Shown piece by piece: positions 24,638 to 36,155 of a stretch of DNA of 64,000 nt. The position numbers and the translations under genes are program-made. The number at the start of each line of letters is the position of its first letter. Positions within the stretch are counted from its first letter, which is position 1. Below the pieces are notes generated by a model, which made no database searches, was not told the origin of the DNA, and worked only from the letters and a program-made list of their open reading frames with translations. The DNA is from Pristiophorus japonicus (Eukaryota), in NCBI RefSeq assembly GCF_044704955.1, contig NC_091997.1, forward strand, positions 5,890,001-5,954,000, in the 5' to 3' direction.

Positions 24638-25300
24638 ATGCTGAGCTGTCGGGCTGTCCACCCTTCACGTCTGTGCCAGCAGCCTGTGTGCACATTGTGG
24701 CCTGTCCCACACACAGTCTTTGAGCCGTTTCAATGCAACAGGTGGGAACAGGAGGAAGAAGTGAGAAACAGCATGAACTTCATGAACCGAGTTCTTGGGG
24801 AGCTGACCAAAGAATTCTGGGAGGGAAGACCAAAATATCAGGACAACAGACCTGATGACAATGAAGACGGTAAAAGCCAATCAGAGGGCAAGGATGGAGA
24901 TGGCTTTTCTCTGTCCCTGGATGTCCAGCGGTTCTCCCCAGAAGAACTGAAGGTGAAAGTACTTGGAAGAAAAGTGCTGGTGACAGGAAAACACGAGAAG
25001 AAAAGTGATGATGGGAGCGGCTCTTACAGCTACAAATATGAAGAGTTCAGGAGAGAATTTCAGCTGCCAGAAGATGTCGATGCTCAAGCTCTTAACTGCT
25101 GTTTGTCACAGGACGGTCGGTTAAAGGTTCAAACCCCACGCCTGGCACTGCCAGCTGTGAATGGACGAACCGTCCCCATCAACATCACCTCTGATACAAC
25201 AACCGCTCCTCGGCTAAACCCAGGCAAAGAGGCACAGAAACAGGACGGTGGAAAGGATGAGGGGAACAAGGAAGATGCGGAAGCAAAAAAGGATATTTAA
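24638..25300 (+). CDS. hsp30: Hsp30-like small heat-shock protein (copy 2; C-tail ...DAEAKKDI)
   Basis: Intact ORF nearly identical to copy 1; AATAAA at ~25471. Confidence 0.92.
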   Translation: MLSCRAVHPSRLCQQPVCTLWPVPHTVFEPFQCNRWEQEEEVRNSMNFMNRVLGELTKEFWEGRPKYQDNRPDDNEDGKSQSEGKDGDGFSLSLDVQRFSPEELKVKVLGRKVLVTGKHEKKSDDGSGSYSYKYEEFRREFQLPEDVDAQALNCCLSQDGRLKVQTPRLALPAVNGRTVPINITSDTTTAPRLNPGKEAQKQDGGKDEGNKEDAEAKKDI

Positions 25301-25614
25301 GACTCATTTACAATGACGTTTTGTAAGATATAAGAAAGTTTATATGCAATAAGTTTAAGACAATGATCTGAAGTCATAATGCTAAACATTAATTATTGTT
25401 TTCTTCTTGTATATCTGAAATTGTTCACTGTGCCATTATTCACATTATGTTTATATATATGTATTGAGTCAATAAACATTTTGGAACAGTGATGTCCATG
25501 ATTCACCTTGTTAACTTGTTCAATAGATAATATCCGACAATTCAAAGACTAGCCACTTACTTCGTTTCACACTCAGTAAAGGCACTAATTTGAATTTGGC
25601 TTAACTTAAAAGCA

Positions 25615-26322
25615 GAAAAAGGATGCAAAAAGTTAGTATGCAGGTACAGCAATTAATCAGGAATGCAAATGGAATGTTGGTCTTTATTGCAAGGGGGAAT
25701 AGAGTATAAAAGCGGAGAAGTCCTCCTGCAACTATAAAGGGTATTAGTGAGGCCACACCTGGAGTACTGCGTACAGTTTTAGTCTCCGTATTTAAGGAAG
25801 GATATACTTGCATTGGAGGCTGTTCAGGTAAGGTTCAGTCGGATGATTCCTGAGGTGAGGGGATTGACTTTTGAAGATAGTTTGAGTAGGTTGGGCTTAT
25901 ACTCATTGGAGTTCAGAAGAATGAGAGATGATCTTCTCGAAACATATCAGATAATGAGGGGGCTCGACAAGGTGGATGCAGAGAGGATATTTCCACTCAT
26001 AGGGGAAACTAAAACTAAGGGACATAGTCTCAGAATAAGGGGCCGCCCATTTAAAACTGAGATGAGGAGGAATTTCTTCTCTCAGAGGGTTGTAAATCTG
26101 TGGAATTCTCTGCTCCAGAGAGCTGTGGAGGCTGGGTCATTGAATATATTTAAGGCGGAGATAGACAGACTTTTGAGCGATAAGGGAATAAAGAGTTATG
26201 GGGAGCGGGCAGGGAAGTGGAGCTGAGTCCATGATCAGATCAGCCATGATCTCATTAAATGGCAGAGCAGGCTCAAGGGGCCAGGTGGGCTAATCCTGCC
26301 CCTATTTCTCATGTTCTTATAT
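25615..26322 (+). mobile_element. CR1 3' fragment (same insertion as 48040-48750)
   Basis: ORF 25813-26226 LGLYSLEFRRMRDDLLETY; tail atgttcttat. Confidence 0.88.
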
Positions 26323-26730
26323 ATAAAGATCTGCCTCAGATTGAACTGAGTCCGGTAAAAGTATGAAAACATTGCACAGACCCACTGCACCAATAGCTGA
26401 GTACATCTCTGTGACCAGAGACATTCCCTGCAGCCTCATAATGACCAGCAATAACAGCCCGCCTTCCAACACAGGCACCAGACGGCCCACCATTCATTTG
26501 GTGCATGGTCGTAACCCTTTCATTGGCGTTATCTGCTCAATATAAATAATTGGGAGGAAAAGGAAAGTTACTTGCTGTGCAAGCATGTTTCTTAAAGTTT
26601 TAGTTAAATAGTATTACTAGTCCTTCACCCTTCAGCCCTCTATCTTTCAGTATCATAGAATCATAGCACAGGAGGACATTTGGCCCATCGAATCTATGGT
26701 GTCTCTTTTGAAGAGTAATCTAGTTAGTCC

Positions 26731-29700
26731 TGTTAAGTTCAGAATAACTCCACGAGACTGTGTTGTAAGCTCAAACCATTGTGACCTTGGTCTCTTTAAT
26801 ATAACTCCAAAATCAGGCAGCAGCATGGTGGACTGCCTTTTGTACCTGCTTGCTCCAGGGTACACAGGTGACTCATAGGTCTCACACAGGTGTGGCCCCT
26901 AGTGGCAAGTCTTAAAACAGGTGAGGTTCACATACATAACATCACTTCTCCCCAAAATCTTGAGTACAAGTTATTTACAGGTTGAGGCGATCCGGGGCTC
27001 TGCGTTCCCGGGTCGATTGCCTGAGTTGAAATCTTGGCCTGGGTGAGTGGGTTGGATCATTGCTGCGCTGCGGTGTGGCTGGTCTGATCGGACTGTCGGG
27101 CACGGTGGGTTCATCCTCGTGGTTGACAGCGAGGTCAATTTCTGGTTGGATGTGTGTTGGTGGATCATAGATGGTAGGGTCTTCTTCAAACTGTTCTTGG
27201 TAGTCCGTGAATCGCAGTTTGGTCTGATCCAGGCGCATGTTTGCCCATTCAGCAATTTCACAACAAACACTCTATTCCCCTCCTTGGCTAAGACAGTGCC
27301 AGCAACCCACTTGGGACCGTGACCATAATTTAGAACAAACACCGGATCATTAACCTCAATGTCACGCGAGGCCGCCGCGTGATCGTGGTACACGCTATGC
27401 CTTTGCTGTCGGGTATCTACGTGATCATTGAGATCTGGGTGAACTAAGGAGAGCCTGGTTTTGAATGCTCTCTTCATTAACAATTCTGCAGGGGGAACCC
27501 CGGTGAGCGAGTAAGGGCGTGTCCGGTAGCTGAACAGGACCCTAGATAACCGAGTCTGCAAGGAGCCGTCCGTTACGCGTCTCAAGCTTTGCTTGATTGT
27601 TTGGACTGCCCGTTCCGCTTGGCCGTTGGATGCAGCCTTAAATGGGGCAGACCTGACATGCTTGATGCCATTGCAGGTCATGAACTTGTTGAATTCCAAG
27701 CTGGTGAAACATGGTTCATTGTCACTGACAAGGTCGTCAGGCAAATCATGGGTGGCGAACATGGCCCTGAGGCTTTCAATGGTGGCACTGGACGTACATG
27801 ATGACATTATTATACATTCAATCCATTTTGAGTAAGCGTCCACTACTACTAGAAACATCGTCCCTGGAAAGGGGCCAGCGAAATCTACGTGGACCCTGGA
27901 CCATGGTTTGGAGGCCCATGACCACAGGCTCAAGGGGGCCTCCCTGGATGCGTTGCTCAGCTGTGAGCAAGTGTCGTATTGGTGTACGCATGACTCTAAT
28001 TCAGAGTCAATGCCATGCCACCAGACGTGCGTCCTGTCGATAGCCTTTATCATGACTATGTAGGTTGCTGTGTAGGTTGCGTATAAACGTTTCCCTGCCC
28101 TTTTTGGGCAAAATCACGTGATTCTCCCATAGGAGGCAATCCGACTGGACTGACAGTTTGTCCTTGTGTCGGTGAAAAGTCTGAATTTCCTTTTGCATTT
28201 CCCCAGGAACCCCCGACCACCTCCCATTGAGGATGAATCTTTTTATTAGTGATAGCAGGGGGTCTTGGCTGGTCCAGGTCCTGATCTGGCGAGCCGTGAC
28301 AGGTGACCCCTCGCTCTCAAAAGCATCCGTTACCAGAAGCAAGTCTGCGGGTTGTGCCACTTCCATCCCGGTGGTGGGCAATGGCAGCCGACTGAGGGCA
28401 TCAGCACAGTTCTCCGTGCCTGGTCTGTGGTGGATTACAGAGTCGTACGTAGATAACGTTAGTGCCCATCTTTGGATGCGGGATGAAGCATTGGTGCTGA
28501 TATCTTTGCTTTCTGAGAGCAGTGAAGTAAACAGTTTGTGGTCGGTTTCGAGGTCGAACCGGAGGCCAAATAGATATTGGTGCATTTACTTAACCCCTTT
28601 TACACAAGTCATAGCTTCTTTCTCAACCATACTGTAGGCTCTTTCAGCCTTGGATAAACTTCTGGATGCATATGCAACCGGTTGCAGTTTGCCTGTAACA
28701 CACAACCGACCCCGTACGACGAATCACAAGCTAGTACTAAACGTTTACACGGGTCATACAATACAAGTAACTTGTTAGAGCATAGCAGGTTTCTGGCCTT
28801 GTTAAAGGCTGTCTCTTGAGATTTACCCCAAACCCAGTCGGCACCCTTGCGTAGCAACAAATGCAAGGGTTCCAGCAAAGTGCTCAACCCCGGTAGAAAG
28901 TTACCAGGAACGAACGCAGCTCCGTCACATTCTGTGGTCTGGGTGCATTCTTGATGGCCTCCGTCTTGGAGTCTGTGGGTCTGATGCCGTCCGCCGCAAT
29001 CTTTCTGCCCAGAAATTCGACCTCTAGCGCCAGGAGAACACACTTGGAGCATTTCAGCCTGAGTCCCACTCTGTCCAGTCGCTTTAGAACCTCTTCCAGG
29101 TTGTGCAAGTGTTCGGTAGTGTTGCTACCAGTGATCAAGCTGTCGTCTTGAAACACCACGGTGCATGGAACCGATTTCAGCAGACTCTCCATGTTCCTCT
29201 GGAAGATGGCCGCCACCGAGCAAATCCCAAAGGGGCATCGGTGGTACACGAACAGTCCTTTGTGCGTGTTGATGAACGTTAACTTCTTTGATGGTTTAGC
29301 CAACTCCTGTGTCATGTAAGCGGAGGTTAGGTCTAGCTTTGTGAAGGATTTTCGCCCCGCTAGCATTGCGAATAAGTCCTCTGCTTTGGGTAGTGGATAC
29401 TGGTCCTGTAACGAGACTTGGTTGATCGGTACCTTGTAGTCCCCGCAGATTCTGATCGTCCCATCGCTCTTTAGTACCTGCACGATTGGACTGGCCCACT
29501 CGTTGAACTCGACTGGCGATATGATTCCCTCTCGTTGAAGTCTGTCCAGCTTGATTTCAACTTTCTCTCGCATCATATATGGGACTGCTTGGGCCTTGTG
29601 ATGAACGGGCCGTGCCCCAGGAACAAGATGGATCTGCACTTTGGCGCCTGTGAAGTTGCCGATGCCTGGCTCAAAGAACGCCGGGAATTTGTTTAGCACC

Positions 29701-31188
29701 TGGGCGCACAGAGGGTCATCCACCAAGGACAGTGCTTTGATATCGTCCCAGTTCCACCGGATCTTGCCTAGCCAGCTCCTGCCGAACAGCGTTGGGCCAT
29801 CGCCTGGTACAATCCATAGTGGTAAATCATGCACCCTTCCGTCATACGATTCTTTCACTGCCACGCTGCCGATAACAGGTATGAGTTCTTTGGTGTAAGT
29901 GCGCAGCGTAGTGTGAATTGGGCTCAGTTTTGGCCTCTGTGCCTTGTTACTGCACAGTTTCTCAAACGCCTTGGCTCATAATCGAGTGACTCGCCCCCGT
30001 GTCCAATTCCATGGAGACTGGAATGAAATTAAGTTTGGCTATTAACATTATTGGAGGGCTTTTGGTGGTGAAGGTGTGCACCCCATACACTTCCTTCTCA
30101 TCCTCCGGTTGAGTTGCCTCACCTGCTCGTTCAGTGTGACCCACGCTGGATCGGTCGCTCTCTGCTGACTCTGCCACGTGGTGAGTCCGAGGTTGCTTGC
30201 ACATTCGCTGGAGGTGCCCCATTGTTCCACAGCCCTTGCACACATAGTGCTTGAATCGACATTGATGGGCTCTGTGACTGCCCCCGCATTAGCACTCCCC
30301 AGCGGCCTCTGAGTCACCCTAGGCCTGGCCTCTGCGGTCGTGTGGGCCCTACTATGTACAGTTCTGCCTGCTGAGGGCATTATTTTATGCACAGTACTTG
30401 CCGGTGAGCTTCGGTTCTGTGAAGATATCTGTTTCGTGTTGTCGCTCGTGGATATGAAGGCCTGGGCTATCATGATGGCCTTGCTCAGATCTAAGGATTC
30501 GGCAGACAGCAGTTTGCGGAGGATGGCCCCGTGGCCGATTCCGAGCACGACAAAGTCCCACAACATTTCCCCCAAAGATCCTGCAAATTCGCACTGCCCC
30601 GCTCGGCGTCTTAAGTCGGCAACAAAGCTCGCCACGTTATGGCCCCCGGAGCGATGGTGCGTGTAAAAGCACTACCTGGCCAATAAGATGTTCTCCTTCG
30701 GCTGGATGTGTTCTCGAGCCAGCGCAGACAGCTCTGTGTAAGTCTTGCCGATGGTTTGTCTGGGACCAGTAGATCTTTGAGGAAACCCTATACCGACGAC
30801 CTGCATGTGGTGAGGAGAATCGCCCTGCGCTTGGTCTCCGTCTCAGCCATGTCCAGCTCATTCGCCATGAAGTACTGGTCGAGACACTCAACGAAGGCTT
30901 CCCAATCATCACCCTCAACAAATCTCTCAAGAATACCAACGGCAGCCATTTCCGAGTGAAAGTTCATGATCTGTAACTCGTTAAATTCAGAATAACTCCA
31001 CGAGACTGTTGTAAGCTCAAACCATTCTGATGTTGGTCTCTTTAATATAACTCCAAAGTGAGGCAACAGCATGGTGGACTGCCTTTTATACCTGTTTGCT
31101 CCAGGGTACACAGGTGACCCATAGGCCTCCCAGATGTGTGCCCCCTAGTGGCAAGTCTTACACGCAGGTGAGGTTCACATGCATAACA
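26731..31188 (-). mobile_element. Full-length but decayed Gypsy/Ty3 LTR retrotransposon (Mag-like): gag, PR, RT, RNase H, IN
   Basis: LTRs 26731-26941 and ~30980-31188; 5-bp TSD AGTCC; PPT next to 26941; MELDTGAS (PR), FTKLDL and FQDD (RT), ETDHK and NCADALSR (RNase H), HVDFAGP, VSDN and SNGQAER (IN); several frameshifts; PBS partly deleted. Confidence 0.95.
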
Positions 31189-31648
31189 AGTCCCATTCCT
31201 GCTCTTTCTCTATATCCCTGCAATTTTACCTCCTTCAAATATTTATCCCATTCCCTTTTGAAGGCTACGACTGAATCTCTCTCCATCAGCCTATCAGGCA
31301 GTGCGACCCAAATCCTAACCATAGTCAAAAGTTTTTCCTCACGTTGTCTCTTGTTCTTTTGCCAATTTCCTTAAATCTGTGCCCTCTCCTGATCGACCCT
31401 GTGTAATAATTCTCGCAGTGTCAGTCAGCGGTTAGATTGCTTCGGTAAATTTACTGTGTTACAGCATCGGACAAACTGCTCGTGTTTAGGCTGCTGCAGG
31501 ACAGCTGGAAACATCAATAACCGTATCACAGCTCCCAGAGTACACATGAGCAATGCCACAGGAGATCGAGTAGTAAAGTATTAAATGGTGTACAATCTGT
31601 AAACTCTCAATATGAACTTAAATCAACTCTGGAATATATTTAATTGTT

Positions 31649-31972
31649 TTTTTAAATTTTATTATTCGTAGCCAATCTTTCCAATTCTTTAGTCAAATCA
31701 CAAACGCCAGAGGTCACCTTGCACACATCAAGGATCACTCTGCGCCAATGCTCTTAGCCAAAAGGCCGAGAGCCCAAGCACCATTCCTGGAAGTACTGCA
31801 ATACCAGGTTCGTGCCATGGAGGTGGATGGGTCAAGCCACCCCACCCACCTCCTATTTCCAAAAAGCATAGGAGAACCACCTTCCTGATCCAGAGAGAAC
31901 CACTTTGGGGTCATGGTTACTCCCCTGTCAGGTCAGTTACGCATGATCTTAGCCAAAAGGCCGAGAAGCGAT
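31649..31972 (-). mobile_element. U2/U1 snRNA-chimeric retroposon (SINEU-like), copy a
   Basis: Minus strand begins ATCGCTTCTCGGCCTTTTGGCTAAGATCA (U2 nt 1-29); U1-like and U2 3'-half segments follow; A-rich tail; TSD atttaattgtt(t)n at 31638 and 31973. Confidence 0.82.
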
Positions 31973-31983
31973 ATTTAATTGTT

Positions 31984-32337
31984 TTTTTTATTTTTTATTT
32001 TTATTTATTTATTTATTTATTTTTAAATTTTTCGTTGCCAATCTTTCCAATTCTTTGTCAAATCACAAACGCCAGAGGTCACCTCGCACACATCAAGGAT
32101 CACTCTGCGCCAATGCTCTTAGCCAAAAGGCCGAGAGCCGCTGCACCGTTCCTGGAAGTACTGCAATACCAGGTTTGTGCCGTGGAGGTGGATGGGTCAA
32201 GCCACCCCACCCACCTCCTATTTCCAAAAAGCATAGGAGAACCACCTTCCTGATCCAGAGAGAACCACTTTGGGGTCATGGTTACTCCCCTGTCAGGTCA
32301 GTTACACATGATCTTAGCCAAAAGGCCGAGAAGCGAT
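31984..32337 (-). mobile_element. U2/U1 snRNA-chimeric retroposon (SINEU-like), copy b
   Basis: Near-identical to copy a with an (AAAT)n/A tail; both copies are absent from the paralogous site at ~49845-49870. Confidence 0.82.
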
Positions 32338-33189
32338 AGCCAAACACAGCAGGGAATAAAGATTCATGTTGCAGTCCGTAGGAGACAGGTGTATGTATGG
32401 ATACTGTCAAGGAACCATTTACCAAGTTATGGTGTTGGAAGTGGGGTTGCCAGCTCCCCTTGGAGGCATTCCTGGAAATTTGATCACGTGACATTCTGAT
32501 CACATGATATCTGCCCATGTGATGCCAATGTCTATCCCATTCACATTGAAAGCAGGTTTTAGTCACTACCACAATAGCCACATGTGGTGAAGGATCCCAT
32601 GGTCCAATAGCCCTCAGTTAAAGCAGCTTCCTCCTCCCTTCCCCCTTGTTTCTTTCAGTGAGAATGTTTGGGTTTCATTCCCTCGTTCCCCATTTGCCTA
32701 CCAGTGGAATCAACATTTCACTATTTATCTACAGTGAAGTCTCCAGGTTTCACGCAGCCTTTTATTGGTTGTTGATCTCTCAGTGACAAGCTCTGTGGAA
32801 GAGGCTGGGAATGATTCTGATTAAAATTAACACGATTTAACCTCGTACTGACTCCCAACTCCAGACTAACAGTCAGTAACTATTCACAGCACATCACAGC
32901 ACCTCGCATGGGATAGAACTGACAGCATGAATATAATTGGGTTTACTAATAGCATGTCACAATGGAAGTAGCGTTAGTGATAGTAATGCCCGATTCCTGG
33001 AAACTCCTGGTCATTCCAGGAGGGTTGGGAAGCCTAGTTGGGAGTGTTACAACCACATTAATTGTAGGGCCCTCATTGTTGTTCATTTAATATTATAATT
33101 CACTAGAACTTAAAACATTGCTACATGTTATCAGTAAACCCAATTATATTCATGCTGCCAGTTCTCTCCAAAGCCGAAGAAGGAAATTA

Positions 33190-33605
33190 GGTGGCAGTCT
33201 TGGGTTCAAGCCCCAGTCTATCGGACTCAGCACATAATTTAGGCTGACAGTTCAGTGAGGGAATGCTGCACTGTAGGAGGTGCCATCTTTCAGATGGGAC
33301 ATTAAACTCAAGCCCCATCTGCCCTCTTGGGTGGAAGTAAAAGATCCCATGACACTATTCAAAGAACAGCTGCAGAATTCTCACAGATTCCTGGGCAACA
33401 TTGGCCCCTCAACCAAACCCAACAAAAACAGATTATCTGCTCATTTCTCACATTGTGTGTGTGAGACTCTGCTCGTTGTAATATGTGCTGCTGCATGTGG
33501 CTATATTGCAACAATGACCGCACTTCAAAAGGATCTAATCGGATGTGAAGCACTTTGAGATATCCTGAGTGCATGGAATGTACTATATCAATGCAAATTC
33601 TTGCT
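33190..33605 (+). mobile_element. tRNA-headed Deu-domain SINE (SacSINE1/AmnSINE-like); paralogs at ~36845-37290 and ~52398-52815
   Basis: B-box-like gggttcaagccc; Deu-like core gtaaaagatcccatgacactattc...ccctcaacc; L2-like tail ctatatcaatgcaa. Confidence 0.7.
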
Positions 33606-33959
33606 TTCTTTATACGGAAATAATATATTTTTAAACTTAAATTGGTAGAAAATAAAAAATTATATATTTTATTCTGAGATTCGCAAATACAGCAAAAATA
33701 TGATAAATTACTGATGACGAGAGAATCATACAGCATAGATGGATTCCATTCAGAGATTTGTACTTTCGTCCCACAATATACAACTTAAAATATAACGCTC
33801 ATAATCAAGAAAAGATATTGTTAACAGAAAGCATTTTTCAGACATACAGAATGAACAGAATGAATCACTTATTTAGTTTTACACAAATTCACTTGATTCT
33901 CATTTCCCCAGTATAAAATTGCTCTGTGATGTGCGGCACAAGTTCACTGTAAATGAGTA

Positions 33960-34622
33960 TCAACAGTCCTCATTCCTTTCAGCCTGTGTCTTGTTCTCAA
34001 CAACCAGGCCCCTGTCCTGTTTCTGTGCCTCTTTGCCTGGGTTTAGCCGGGGAGCGGTTGTTGTATCAGAGGTGATGTTGATGGGGACGGTTCGTCCATT
34101 CACAGCTGGCAGTGCCAGGCGTGGGGCTTGAACCTTTAACCGACCGTCCTGTGACAAACAGCAGTTAAGAGCTTGAGCATCGACATCTTCTGGCAGCTGA
34201 AATTCTCTCCTGAACTCTTCATATTTGTAGCTGTAAGAGCCGCTCCCATCATCACTTTTCTTCTCGTGTTTTCCTGTCACCAGCACTTTTCTTCCAAGTA
34301 CTTTCACCTTCAGTTCTTCTGGGGAGAACCGCTGGACATCCAGGGACAGAGAAAAGCCATCTCCATCCTTGCCCTCTGATTGGCTTTTACCGTCTTCATT
34401 GTCATCAGGTCTGTTGTCCTGATATTTTGGTCTTCCCTCCCAGAATTCTTTGGCCAGCTCCCCAAGAACTCGGTTCATGAAGTTCATGATCTTTCTCACT
34501 TCTTCCTCCTGTTCCCACCTGTTGCATTGAAACGGCTCAAAGACTGTGTGTGGGACAGGCCACAATGTGCACACAGGCTGCTGGCACAGACGTGAAGGGT
34601 GGACAGCCCGACAGCTCAGCAT
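33960..34622 (-). CDS. hsp30: Hsp30-like small heat-shock protein (copy 3; C-tail ...QAERNEDC)
   Basis: Intact ORF with alpha-crystallin domain. Confidence 0.92.
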   Translation of the reverse strand: MLSCRAVHPSRLCQQPVCTLWPVPHTVFEPFQCNRWEQEEEVRKIMNFMNRVLGELAKEFWEGRPKYQDNRPDDNEDGKSQSEGKDGDGFSLSLDVQRFSPEELKVKVLGRKVLVTGKHEKKSDDGSGSYSYKYEEFRREFQLPEDVDAQALNCCLSQDGRLKVQAPRLALPAVNGRTVPINITSDTTTAPRLNPGKEAQKQDRGLVVENKTQAERNEDC

Positions 34623-34716
34623 TGTCTCTGCCTCTTCTATCACTTCTCACAAACACGACTGATGTGAACTCCCGGTCTTCAGTCTCTGATCTGCTACAGC
34701 ACTCAGAACACCCGCC

Positions 34717-34885
34717 TTATATATTGCACTCCCAGAACTCCAGACACTTCCAGAATTAGCTCAACATTGCTGGGGTTATGACACGTGAGCAGAAAATAAC
34801 CGAGGTCTCATCTCAGCCTTGCTTTAAACAAGAATGACTGGGATTCAGTGACACCCACTGGTGCAATTCCAGAGACTTGTGGAAT
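34717..34885 (-). promoter_or_regulatory. HSE/TATA promoter of hsp30 copy 3
   Basis: Reverse complement of the copy 2 promoter; TATATAA at 34717-34723. Confidence 0.78.
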
Positions 34886-35489
34886 GTACTCACCCAGTGA
34901 CAGCACAGGTGGGAGGGGCAAATGATTGACAGCCCAGTACAAGGCAGACTGTGTGGTAAAGGGGTGTTTGCTGAGAAGTAGATGTGTTCAACTTAGTGAA
35001 CGATCAACTAACATTGTGAGATAATGAAGAGTCGGTCAGTGACTTTCTAGCTTGCTATTTTCAGTCATGTTCAAGATATTAAAGTGACATTTAACCACAG
35101 CAGAGCAGAGTGATCAGAAAGAATGAAATTCAGATCAGTTTGGTTTAAATTAAGTGGTGTTCTGATTCTGCCCAATAGAGGGCCATTAATTCCCTTGTAA
35201 TTTGATTAATTTGTGTGAGACTTATCTTCAGTTTACAGAGTTGAGTCTTGTGGAACCGACAATTCAAAAGAGATGGATATAACGTTTATCCTCACGGGGT
35301 AATCTTTATTTAAGAACAATAACACGGGTACAAGTAACAATAATAGCACGTCTAACAGTTTATCTACTTTACATTCAAGCAATTTTGAGCAAAAGCCCAC
35401 GTGTAGCTAATACCAACGGTGGTCAGGTTCTCAGTGATCTACTCGGTGGCTCTCCACAGCACCGTATCACTTTCTTCACAGCGCAAGTA

Positions 35490-36155
35490 CATCATCATTA
35501 TCATCATCAGAGGCAGTCCCTCGAAATCGAGGAAGCCTTGCTTTCACTCTAAAAGTGAGTTCTCAGGTGACTGAGGAGTCCAAGGCGGGAATCACAGTCT
35601 CTGTCGCAGGTGGGACAGACAATCGGAGGAGGAAAGGGTGGGTGGGGAGTCTGGTTTGCTGCACGCTCCTTCCGCTGCCTGCGCTTGTTTTCTGCATGTT
35701 CTCGGCGACGAGATTCAAGGTGCTCACCGCCCTCCAGGATGCTCTTCCACCACTTTGGCCAGGGTCTCCCAGGTGTCAGTGGGGATGTCGCATTTTATCA
35801 GGGAAGCTTTGAGGGCGACCTTGAAACGTTTGCTCTGCCCACCTGGGGCTTGCTTGCTGTGTAGGAGTTCCGACTAGAGCACTTGCTTTGGGAGTCTTGT
35901 TTCAGGCATGCGAACAATGTGGCCCACCCAACGGAGCTGGTCGCGTGTGGTCAGTGCTTCGATGCTAGAGATGTTATCCTGATCGAGAACACTGACGTTG
36001 GTGCGTCTATCCTCCCAGGGGATTTGCAAGATCTTGCGGAGACATCGTTGGTGGTATTTCTCCAGTGACTTCAGGTGTCTACTGTATATGGTCCATGTCT
36101 CCGAGCCACACAGGAGGGTGGGTATCACTACAGCCCTGTAGACCATAAGCTTGGT
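35490..36155 (-). mobile_element. RTE LINE 3' fragment (apparently chimeric)
   Basis: (CAT)n tail; TKLMVYRAVVIPTLLCGSETW...QLRWVGHIVRMP. Confidence 0.88.

Noticed and set aside
31649-32337. Functional U2 or U1 snRNA genes
   Set aside because: Segments are rearranged, the branch-point motif is missing, an A-rich tail and TSD are present, no snRNA promoter context is seen, and the paralogous site is empty.
32994-33020. HSE- or STAT-like ttcctggaa motif
   Set aside because: Wrong spacing for an HSE, 3' of the gene, and short enough to occur by chance.
33280-33558. Recurrent 92-aa ORF MPSFRWDIK... (also 36966 and 52544)
   Set aside because: Lies within a Deu-type SINE copied along with the gene duplications.
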